DNA of 64,000 bases, taken from an uncultured Veillonella sp. (GTDB lineage: Bacteria; Bacillota; Negativicutes; Veillonellales; Veillonellaceae). Each line of letters begins with the position of its first letter. Position 1 is the first letter of the stretch. The DNA is taken from positions 471 to 64,470 of the forward strand of contig NZ_CAUQYW010000010.1 in the NCBI RefSeq assembly GCF_963522475.1, in the 5' to 3' direction. Positions 20,425 through 28,804 of the stretch are shown here, in pieces. Below the pieces are notes generated by a model. It worked only from the letters and a program-made list of their open reading frames with translations. It was not told the origin of the DNA and made no database searches. Position numbers and translations under genes: made by a program.

Positions 20425-20491
20425 GGTTATCCTCCTCAATACTTATCGAATGATATTTATTTTATCATATTTATGAAAAGCCTGTAAAATA

Positions 20492-21283
20492 CTATTTAGT
20501 TATGTTTTCTTCTACAGATTGTATTTTATTAACTTCTGTAGTTTTATTTATATCCGCTCCTACTGTTGTTGTAGTGCTTGTAACAACATCAGTTTTTTCT
20601 TTCTTAGGAGTATCCTTACGCAATACCTTACGTAATGCCAATGCAACTGGAGTAACGATAACAGCTGCAAAAACAGCTTCTGGAATACCATGCGTAACAG
20701 ATAAGAATACGATAGAGCCTAATACTTGATCTGGGCTTAGGTTCATTTTAATAGCAAACATATCTGCGTAAAGCAAGAAGATAAGTCCCATAACCATAAT
20801 TGTATGGAATACAGTACCCATAAATGCAGATACAAGAATGCGTGGACCTTGAGGTGCTTTCCACAATAATAAGTATACTAAATATGCTAATACAGGGAAA
20901 AGTATACGTGGTAACACAGAAATGATTGGATTAATAAATAGTGGGGATAAAATATTTGGAGCTGTAATATTTTGCCACAAGCTATAGCAACCAAAGATAA
21001 ACCCTACAAAAGCACCAACTTTAGGACCCTCTACTATTGCACCAATAAGTGTCGGTACATGCAAGGTAGTTACATTAAGAGGACCCAATGGAATAATGCC
21101 ATATCCAGATACACCTAATGCGATTGTAATCCCTGCCAACAAACCAATAATGGTAAGCTCACGGATGGTAATCCCACTCTTTTTCTCTTTTTTAGACTTT
21201 TTACGTTCAACTTGCTTCAGTTTTTCATTGTCTTGGATTGATACAGTTGAGTTATCATCCACTAGACGTTCATTGTTGTTCAT
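20492..21283 (-). CDS. ECF transporter S component, PanT (pantothenate)-like
   Basis: GIIPLGPLNVTTLHVPTLIGAIVEGPKVG...SVLPRI...HT..VMG...HGIPEA. Confidence 0.78.
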   Translation of the reverse strand: MNNNERLVDDNSTVSIQDNEKLKQVERKKSKKEKKSGITIRELTIIGLLAGITIALGVSGYGIIPLGPLNVTTLHVPTLIGAIVEGPKVGAFVGFIFGCYSLWQNITAPNILSPLFINPIISVLPRILFPVLAYLVYLLLWKAPQGPRILVSAFMGTVFHTIMVMGLIFLLYADMFAIKMNLSPDQVLGSIVFLSVTHGIPEAVFAAVIVTPVALALRKVLRKDTPKKEKTDVVTSTTTTVGADINKTTEVNKIQSVEENITK

Positions 21284-21332
21284 AGATCCTCCTTCGCTCT
21301 CATTCCTTACGGATATAAGTCGAAACTAGAAA

Positions 21333-22175
21333 TTAAATACGTTCACGGCGTCGTGAAATAATACCACGCTCTACCAATGCACCTATAATCACTGCTACGC
21401 CTGTCATACCAGCTTCTAACAAAGTTGGAGTAACAAACACTAGTGGATTACCTTGATACGTTGGAAAAACGGTGGGAACTAAAGATAAAATAAACTCTGG
21501 AATATAACCACCATATAAAATATGGGCATTCATAGCGAGCCATAAACCAGCAGTTAAAACAATACGAAATAATCGTATACCTTTATAGGCTATTTCTCTT
21601 GGGTATAAATAGAATACAAATACCAATAAGGATATAAGTAATGATACTAATTCTGCAAAGAGTATATTTACATTCATAGATGACGCATACATGAAATAAA
21701 CCATTGGATCTTGTAGATCAATATATAGAAGTGAACCAATAAATAAGAATGGAATTGGAATAGTATATCCAATTATATCGAGCGCTTCATCTACCATTCC
21801 CCATCGATGATTTCGATTGAAAAACTTAGTAGCTAGCAATCCACAAAGTTCAATAAGTACTTGAACTATAAAATATACCACGAAGAGAAGCAACGCTGTT
21901 ACAATTCCATTATCTGTAGTAAAGCTAAATGGCGTATGAAGAAAAGAAAATACAGTCCACCAAGCCCAACTATATGCATGATATCCCATACTCAATGGTA
22001 GATCGTCATTAAATTTAGCATTCTTAAGTCTTCGTACCATAAGAGGTATTACGAGGGACAACACGGGGAATACTAAGATTGGTAAAGCTATCGCTCCACT
22101 CAAAGAAAGAACTGTCGTTACAGCACTTACAAATAATGCACAGACAACGGTAAATAACCAGAAATTCTTATTCAT
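21333..22175 (-). CDS. Hypothetical polytopic membrane protein
   Basis: About 8 hydrophobic segments; GGAGG RBS; overlaps the upstream gene by 8 nt. Confidence 0.75.
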   Translation of the reverse strand: MNKNFWLFTVVCALFVSAVTTVLSLSGAIALPILVFPVLSLVIPLMVRRLKNAKFNDDLPLSMGYHAYSWAWWTVFSFLHTPFSFTTDNGIVTALLLFVVYFIVQVLIELCGLLATKFFNRNHRWGMVDEALDIIGYTIPIPFLFIGSLLYIDLQDPMVYFMYASSMNVNILFAELVSLLISLLVFVFYLYPREIAYKGIRLFRIVLTAGLWLAMNAHILYGGYIPEFILSLVPTVFPTYQGNPLVFVTPTLLEAGMTGVAVIIGALVERGIISRRRERI

Positions 22176-22572
22176 TACGGCCTCCTACTAAACGAGTAAG
22201 ACCATATGCCAAAACCAAGCTAATAGTAACGCCAATATACATAGCTACTAAAAAAGCTACATCTCGACCAACTGTTGGCCAGCTCCATAACATGGATAAA
22301 TCTATACCGAGAAAAATACCTTTATAGCTAATACCGTGGATTATAATCCAACTTATAACATAGGCAATACGGCTAATCGATTTACCATCGTCAAAAGTAC
22401 TACTTTTAAACGATAAATATGCCCAAGGCATTATTAACGATAAGAGCAAATACCATACAAGTGCGACTGTCGCACTCGATCCATTATGAATCATATACGC
22501 AATAATAGGAATTACTACGATAAATATATTCAAGTAAATGGATTTTTTACAAATATCTATTAATGTGTTCAT
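22168..22572 (-). CDS. Hypothetical membrane protein (about 4 TM)
   Basis: Hydrophobic ORF with AGGAG RBS. Confidence 0.72.
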   Translation of the reverse strand: MNTLIDICKKSIYLNIFIVVIPIIAYMIHNGSSATVALVWYLLLSLIMPWAYLSFKSSTFDDGKSISRIAYVISWIIIHGISYKGIFLGIDLSMLWSWPTVGRDVAFLVAMYIGVTISLVLAYGLTRLVGGRNE

Positions 22573-22640
22573 AAAGATCTCCTATGATATGTAATCTCTT
22601 TGTATTTTACAATAATCATAGATAAATGTCATCAAAAAAG

Positions 22641-22685
22641 AAAAACCTCCATATAGGTAAATAAATACCTTATATGGAGGTTTTT
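22641..22685 (-). terminator. Terminator after the P1B-ATPase
   Basis: AAAAACCTCCATATA...TATATGGAGGTTTTT inverted repeat. Confidence 0.8.
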
Positions 22686-22687
22686 AA

Positions 22688-24826
22688 TTAAGCTACTACA
22701 GAGTCAGCTGTTACATCAATTGTAGGAACAGTTTCCTTTTGTTCTTCTTTCTTCAACAATGGAGTCATGCTTTCTAAGCCGATCCCCAATGTGAATAGAT
22801 TATGCAACCATGCTGTTTGGCTCGGCGGCATAATACCGAGTACGCCACCACCTACAAGAGCACCGTTGAAACCAACGATACCATTGTAATTTGCTTTGAT
22901 GCGTTTCATCAATGCCATAGAAATGCGGCGTAAATCTACAAGAGCTTGTAGATGGTCGGAAGAAATAGTAACATTTGCAATTTTTTGAGCAATCGGAGCG
23001 CCTTCATTCATAGCGATACCAACATGTGCTTCGGAAATTGCTGGGGAGTCATTAATACCATCCCCTACCATCATTACTGTATAGCCTTCTGCTTTTGCTT
23101 GTTTTACATAAGCGGCTTTATCTTCTGGCAATACTTCAGCATGTAATTCATCAATACCAAGTTCGTCAGCTACACGTTGTGCATTACGTTTGGAGTCACC
23201 AGTCATCATGACAACCTTTTTAATACCCAAAGTGTGTAAATCAGCTATAACTTGTTTTGCTTCCTCTCGAACAGGGTCTTTAATACAAATAACCGCTGCT
23301 AATGTACCTCCAATAGCGAGGTAAATATGTGAGGATGTATTTGGTAAATTGTTGAATTTTTCTTGTTCATCTGCAGGAATTTTTGTCTTTTCATCATCAA
23401 AGATGTAGTGAGCACTACCAATGCGTACACGATAGCGACCAACTTTAGATGCAATACCATGAGCTACAACGTATTCTACATCGGAGTGCATTTCCTTGTG
23501 AGGCAATGCATGATCCTTAGCAGCGCGTACAATTGCTTTTGCCATGGAGTGAGGGAAATGTTCCTCAATACATGCAGCTAATTTTAACATTTCATCTGCA
23601 TCATGACCGTTGAACGGGATGATTTGTTCAAACTCAGGTTCTGCTTTTGTAAGAGTACCAGTTTTATCGAACACAATCATATCTGCTTGAGCTATTTGTT
23701 CTAAGAACTTACCACCTTTAACAGTGATACCGCGTTTAGATGCTTCTTGCATAGCGGAAAGTACTGCCAATGGAATGGATAATTTTAGAGCACAAGAGAA
23801 GTCAACCATAACGAAAGACAATGCTTTCATCACATTTCGAGTCAACAAATATGTTAAACCAGCACCAATAAAGCTAATTGGAACTAATTTATCTGCCATG
23901 CGGTATGCTTGTTGTTCCATACCAGATTTCATTTGTTCAGACTCTTCAATAAGGTTAACAATTTTTTCGTAACGAGATGTTTTAGATGTACTGCGAACTT
24001 CTACAATAGCTTTACCGTCTTCTACAACAGTACCAGCATATACAGAAGTATCTTTATCGCGGCGAACCGCTTCAGGTTCACCAGTCATGGAGCTTTCATT
24101 AACAAGAACAACTCCATCGATAACGATGCCATCCAATGGAATCACTTCACCTTGACGAATAATGATTTTATCGCCTGCTACAACTTCGTTAACTGGCTTG
24201 CTCACTTCGATATCGTCAACTAATACCCATACTTTATCTACATTCAAAGACATGCTTTGAGCAAGATTCAATACGGATTTACGGTGAGTCCATTCTTCTA
24301 AGATATCGCCAATCCCTAATAGATACATAACAGCACCAGCTGTAGGGTAGTCTTTTTGAAGTAAAGCAGCACCAATAGCTACACCATCAAGTACTTCAAC
24401 AGTTAACTTACGTTGCCACAATGTTTTAATCGCTTTACCGATAAATTTAATACCGTCAAACCAAGCCCATGCAGCCGCAATCGGTGCAGGAAGCACTGCT
24501 TTTTTACCTAGGTAAAGTGCAGTACGGTTGATCATCATTTCACGGTATTTTTTATTTACCAAGCGAGGAGAATATTCGTTTAAAGCAGGAGCTTCGGACA
24601 AATCTAAATCGCGTAGAGCTAACACTGCATCACGCACAGCATCAGAATCGCCATTATGTTTAATGGCGATTTGACTGCTACGAGTGTAGAAGGTTACATC
24701 TACAATTGCATCATTAAGTAGTAATGTATCCTCTACATAAGCTGCTTCAGCCTCTGTAAAGCGATGACCAGTTACCTTAACATGCAAGCGATTTCTGAGT
24801 TTTCGTACAACAGAAAATTGTAACAT
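22688..24826 (-). CDS. Heavy-metal P1B-6-type ATPase (FezB-like)
   Basis: TGE, DKTGT and GDGIND; membrane DFSCA in place of CPC and HNLFT (HNxxT); N-terminal HMA-like domain without CxxC. Confidence 0.9.
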   Translation of the reverse strand: MLQFSVVRKLRNRLHVKVTGHRFTEAEAAYVEDTLLLNDAIVDVTFYTRSSQIAIKHNGDSDAVRDAVLALRDLDLSEAPALNEYSPRLVNKKYREMMINRTALYLGKKAVLPAPIAAAWAWFDGIKFIGKAIKTLWQRKLTVEVLDGVAIGAALLQKDYPTAGAVMYLLGIGDILEEWTHRKSVLNLAQSMSLNVDKVWVLVDDIEVSKPVNEVVAGDKIIIRQGEVIPLDGIVIDGVVLVNESSMTGEPEAVRRDKDTSVYAGTVVEDGKAIVEVRSTSKTSRYEKIVNLIEESEQMKSGMEQQAYRMADKLVPISFIGAGLTYLLTRNVMKALSFVMVDFSCALKLSIPLAVLSAMQEASKRGITVKGGKFLEQIAQADMIVFDKTGTLTKAEPEFEQIIPFNGHDADEMLKLAACIEEHFPHSMAKAIVRAAKDHALPHKEMHSDVEYVVAHGIASKVGRYRVRIGSAHYIFDDEKTKIPADEQEKFNNLPNTSSHIYLAIGGTLAAVICIKDPVREEAKQVIADLHTLGIKKVVMMTGDSKRNAQRVADELGIDELHAEVLPEDKAAYVKQAKAEGYTVMMVGDGINDSPAISEAHVGIAMNEGAPIAQKIANVTISSDHLQALVDLRRISMALMKRIKANYNGIVGFNGALVGGGVLGIMPPSQTAWLHNLFTLGIGLESMTPLLKKEEQKETVPTIDVTADSVVA

Positions 24827-24841
24827 AATTAAATCCTTCTA

Positions 24842-25102
24842 TTATTTGTTTTCTTCAAAGATTTCTTCGTTGCGTGCTTCGTTGATTTCTTGAGCTTCTG
24901 CCAATACATCAGATGCGGATGCTTGTACTTTTTCAGCTGTTTCTAATACAGTTTCTTTAGCGCGAAGACCAGCTGCTACGATACCAGCATATACTTTTTT
25001 TGCGTCTTTGGAAGTTAACACTTTAAGACCTACAGTACCCAATGCAAGACCTGCTGCGAATAAGTTAGCGTTTTTAAGATTGTTTTGGTTGAAATTGAAC
25101 AT
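24842..25102 (-). CDS. Small membrane protein, DUF6110/FezA-like
   Basis: LFAAGLALGTVGLKVLTSKDAKKVY..IVAAGLRAKE...DVLAEA; GXXXG helix plus acidic coiled tail; 15 nt upstream of the ATPase. Confidence 0.82.
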   Translation of the reverse strand: MFNFNQNNLKNANLFAAGLALGTVGLKVLTSKDAKKVYAGIVAAGLRAKETVLETAEKVQASASDVLAEAQEINEARNEEIFEENK

Positions 25103-25208
25103 GATAATATCCCTTTCTACTAAATATAATAAAAAATGTAATTACAATATATGAAAAGAGGAGCTCATTATAGAGACTCCTCTTTCATTACTAGTAACTC
25201 GTATCAGC

Positions 25209-25415
25209 TTAATGATCAGTACGTTTAATACCTAGCGCCTTGTTCGAACCATCACAGCTGCAGTTACCACCACAACCAGAAGATTTTTTGGAATTAGATG
25301 CAGAGCCACCACCGCCACAACCGCAGCCACCCTTACCAGACACTTGTTTATAAATTTTTGTACCAAGATAAGCCAATGCTAATATCACTATAAGTCCTAT
25401 AATTAAGGTATCCAT
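25209..25415 (-). CDS. FeoB-associated Cys-rich membrane protein
   Basis: Single TM, then KGGCGCGGGG...GCGGNCSC; start ATG 25415 after AGAAGG. Confidence 0.8.
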   Translation of the reverse strand: MDTLIIGLIVILALAYLGTKIYKQVSGKGGCGCGGGGSASNSKKSSGCGGNCSCDGSNKALGIKRTDH

Positions 25416-25463
25416 TATAATTCCTTCTTTCTCAATATCCACCAAATTTCCATAAATTGATAT

Positions 25464-25539
25464 ATGATAAATGAGTTAAAAGCAATATATTTGGACATTT
25501 CCCTTTTCTCATTATCATTTAACCACAAACAATGATAAT
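25464..25539. promoter_or_regulatory. Fur-like operator elements
   Basis: ATTATCATT-N11-AATGATAAT perfect inverted repeat at 25511-25539; ATGATAAATGAG at 25464-25475. Confidence 0.5.
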
Positions 25540-25646
25540 TGGCAAGAATTATTTTAAATTTTTCTATAATTTAATTACATTATGTCAATACAATTTAGTT
25601 CTAGGTATCTAAGGAATGTAAATCTTAGTGATTAGCTACGCTTTAA

Positions 25647-28016
25647 TTAGAATCCTAGTGCCAAACCGATATTGTAGAAAATAAAGCATGCAATCCATGC
25701 AAAAGCATTTTCATAACAGAACATGAATAGCATCCATTTCCAAGATCCAGTTTCACGTTTAATAACAGCAAGTGCTGCTACACATGGTGGATAACACAAG
25801 ATGAATAACATTAATGTTAATGCAATCAATGGTGTATAGTGTGGATCATTTTGTAAATATGCAGCCAATGCTTGAGGATGAACAGAATCACCACCTACTG
25901 CATAAATTGTACCCAATGTAGATACAACAACTTCTTTAGCTGCTAACCCGGCTACTAATGCTACACCCATTTTCCAATCAAAGCCCAATGGTTGAAGAAT
26001 TGGATTAATTGCTTTACCAAACATAGCTGCATAAGATTGTTCGATTTTTTCAGATGCTTGTTCTTGATCAAGTTTTTGATTTTCATCAGCTAAGTTAGCT
26101 TGGTTTTTATACATAGACCAAGCTACTGGGAACAATTGTTCATTTTGTTCTTTAATATCATTGAATAATTCAGGAGCTTCAGAATCATCTTCCGTTTCAA
26201 TTACGGGATCATCTTCACCATTAGCTTCTGCTGCTGAAGTAGCATCATCTACAGTAGATTTCATATTATCAACGATTTCATTAACTTGATCTTTTTGTTC
26301 ATCTGTAGTAATACCAAATTGTTCTAATGTTTGAGCATCTTTTACTTCATAGGTAGCGGCTACTTGATCATGTAATTCATCATAATCTTGAGAGTATTGT
26401 ACATCATTAGGATACGATGTAATAAACCAAATAAGGATAGTAGCAGCCAAAATAAATGTAGACGCTTTTTTGAAGTACATAATAGTACGTTCATACATAT
26501 GTGTTGCAGTTGCTTTCAAGGTAGGCATATGATATGGAGGTAATTCCATAACAAACGGTTCTGCTTCGCCAGAGAACAAGAATTTGCGGAATATTTTAGC
26601 AAATATAATGCCCAAAATAATTCCTGCGAAGTAAATACAAAATAAAACAATACCAGCCATTTCCGGATTAAAGAATGCAGCAGCAAACAAAGTATATACA
26701 GGTAAGCGTGCTGAGCAACTCATAAATGGAGTAATTAAAATCGTTACCATACGATCTTTATAGTTATCCAGAATACGAGCACCCATAACAGATGGCACAG
26801 AACAGCCAAATCCTAGTAATAAAGGGATAAACGATTTACCATGCAAACCAAACGCGCGCATAACACGGTCAATAACAAAAGCGGCACGAGCCATATAACC
26901 AGTATCTTCCAAGAAGGATATCCCTAGAAATAGTAGTAAAATTAGTGGAATAAAAGACATAACAGCCCCTACACCAGCTATAATACCATCAGATACCAAA
27001 GATTGAAGTTGACCCTCAGGAATATATGTAGTCGCTAATCCTTGGAACCATGTAAATAAGTCTACTAGCCAACCTTGCGGAACCGCTCCTACTATATTAA
27101 CAACATAAAATAATATAAACATAACCAACAAGAATATTGGCAAGCCCCAGATAGGATGTGTTAGCACTTTATCTAATCGATCAGAACGAGTTTCAGTAGA
27201 TGCTGGATATTCTACAGTAATGGCATTAAATACTTCTACTGCAAAACGGTGACGATATTCTTGGAATACTAGATCAAGATCAACTTGATCTTTAACTTCT
27301 TCACGAATGGCTTTTGCCTTTTCCAAAGCAGCCTCTGTATTTTCAAGACGCATAATCTTGCCGACCACATCAGCATCTTTTTCCAATAATTTAACAGCAA
27401 CCCAACGAATTGGATATGCTATGGATCCTGCTTTTACTAATTCTGCTTCTAATTCAGCAATTTTAGGTTCCAAAATGTCACCATAAGGAATAATAACACC
27501 CGGTTTTTTATTTTCCTTAGCACATTGAACAGTAGCTGCTAATAGCTCTTTTGTACCTATATTATTACGACCAACTGTGCGAACAACGGTAGCACCAGTC
27601 ATTTTTTCCATCAACGGAATATCGTATTTAAAGCCCATATCATCAGCAACATCAGCCATATTTAGAGCAATAACCATTGGCACTTCGAGTTCAATCAATT
27701 GTGCAGCCAAGTATAAGTTACGTTCTAGATTAGATGCATCGAGCACGTTCACGATAAGATCTGGTTTATCATTAATGATAACATTACGTGCTACTAATTC
27801 ATCCAAAGAACGTGCAGTTAAGCTATATGTACCTGGTAAATCTATAAACAATAATTCTTGGCCGTCAAATTTTGTATGGCCTTCTTTTTTTTCTACAGTA
27901 ACACCTGAATAGTTACCGACATGTTGCTTAGCCCCTGTGATATTGTTAAACATTGTAGTTTTACCACAGTTAGGGTTACCTGCTAGGGCTATGCGAATTT
28001 GCTCATTATCTGCCAT
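25647..28016 (-). CDS. feoB: Ferrous iron transporter B
   Basis: GNPNCGKT, NYSGVTVE, DLPGTYSL, NMAD, EDTGYMAR, GFGCSVP, PFMSCSARLPVY and FVMELPPY. Confidence 0.97.
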   Translation of the reverse strand: MADNEQIRIALAGNPNCGKTTMFNNITGAKQHVGNYSGVTVEKKEGHTKFDGQELLFIDLPGTYSLTARSLDELVARNVIINDKPDLIVNVLDASNLERNLYLAAQLIELEVPMVIALNMADVADDMGFKYDIPLMEKMTGATVVRTVGRNNIGTKELLAATVQCAKENKKPGVIIPYGDILEPKIAELEAELVKAGSIAYPIRWVAVKLLEKDADVVGKIMRLENTEAALEKAKAIREEVKDQVDLDLVFQEYRHRFAVEVFNAITVEYPASTETRSDRLDKVLTHPIWGLPIFLLVMFILFYVVNIVGAVPQGWLVDLFTWFQGLATTYIPEGQLQSLVSDGIIAGVGAVMSFIPLILLLFLGISFLEDTGYMARAAFVIDRVMRAFGLHGKSFIPLLLGFGCSVPSVMGARILDNYKDRMVTILITPFMSCSARLPVYTLFAAAFFNPEMAGIVLFCIYFAGIILGIIFAKIFRKFLFSGEAEPFVMELPPYHMPTLKATATHMYERTIMYFKKASTFILAATILIWFITSYPNDVQYSQDYDELHDQVAATYEVKDAQTLEQFGITTDEQKDQVNEIVDNMKSTVDDATSAAEANGEDDPVIETEDDSEAPELFNDIKEQNEQLFPVAWSMYKNQANLADENQKLDQEQASEKIEQSYAAMFGKAINPILQPLGFDWKMGVALVAGLAAKEVVVSTLGTIYAVGGDSVHPQALAAYLQNDPHYTPLIALTLMLFILCYPPCVAALAVIKRETGSWKWMLFMFCYENAFAWIACFIFYNIGLALGF

Positions 28017-28025
28017 GAGGACCTC

Positions 28026-28259
28026 CTATTCAACTTCTACATCAATCATATCCGCTTCACTTGTACGAAGCGCTAATTCAAAGTTTTTTACCTTGATTTC
28101 CACAGGATCACCTAATGGAGCAAACTTCATGACATGAACCTTAGTACCATGTACCAGTCCCATATCAACTAAGCGATGTTTTATATTACCGCTACCATGA
28201 AGGGTTGCAATAATGCCGGACTCGCCTTGTTTCATGTCTTTTAACTTTTTAATAGCCAT
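28026..28259 (-). CDS. feoA: Ferrous iron transport protein A
   Basis: RLVDMGLV.GT.V.V...APLGDPVEI.V....LALR.SEA; start ATG 28259 after AGGAGG. Confidence 0.94.
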   Translation of the reverse strand: MAIKKLKDMKQGESGIIATLHGSGNIKHRLVDMGLVHGTKVHVMKFAPLGDPVEIKVKNFELALRTSEADMIDVEVE

Positions 28260-28337
28260 ACGACACCTCCTAATTATTGTACCTAACAACCTCATATTAA
28301 CCACACCAAATAATAATGCGTATTAATATCTTAAGTT

Positions 28338-28377
28338 ATTATATCAAAACAATCATTAATTTCAACAATTATTATCA
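28338..28377 (-). promoter_or_regulatory. feoAB promoter with overlapping Fur box
   Basis: Minus strand TTGAAA-16-TATAAT (TG-extended); TGATAAT-A-ATTGTTG at 28363-28377 overlaps the -35. Confidence 0.6.
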
Positions 28378-28532
28378 TTTTTATGGTAAATTTCTACCAC
28401 ATATTTATATTTTTTTCTCATAATAAAAATGAAAATTGTTACTTTATCTCTCTACATAAACCTTATAGGGTATAGTATTTTTTATTCACACCACTACATA
28501 AAAAATTCCATCCAAAATAAGAACTACTACTA

Positions 28533-28573
28533 AGATAATCATTATTGATAATTTAATCATTCTCATTTATCAT
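28533..28573. promoter_or_regulatory. Further Fur-like boxes
   Basis: AGATAAT-C-ATTATTG (7-1-7) at 28533-28547; CTCATTTATCAT at 28562-28573. Confidence 0.5.
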
Positions 28574-28743
28574 TTTAAATTTTGTTTAAATACAAATATT
28601 TTAATGCTTTTCATTCTCATATACTTTTGTTTATTTCGTTATTTTCCAATATATTATCATTTAAATATACAAATATACCCTTTCTTTATTACAACTTAAT
28701 TCATCATTTAATAATCATCACTGTAAATAACATTTCATTTTAT

Positions 28744-28772
28744 TTGCCCCTACTATATGCATAAGGTATAAT
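28744..28772 (+). promoter_or_regulatory. sigma-A promoter of the DEAD-box helicase gene
   Basis: TTGCCC-17-TATAAT. Confidence 0.55.
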
Positions 28773-28804
28773 TAATATAATATATATTAAAGAAAGGACG
28801 ATCC

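Noticed and set aside
20287..20487. Plus-strand 66-aa ORF in the track
   Set aside because: Antisense shadow of the real scfA gene; no RBS.
25209..25415. Cys-rich peptide as a second ScfB substrate (GGCG similarity)
   Set aside because: It has a TM anchor and no SCIFF leader or Cys spacing; it fits the FeoB-associated Cys-rich family.
28582..28764. Plus-strand 60-aa ORF upstream of the helicase
   Set aside because: TTG start, no RBS, AT-rich low-complexity translation, overlaps the helicase promoter.
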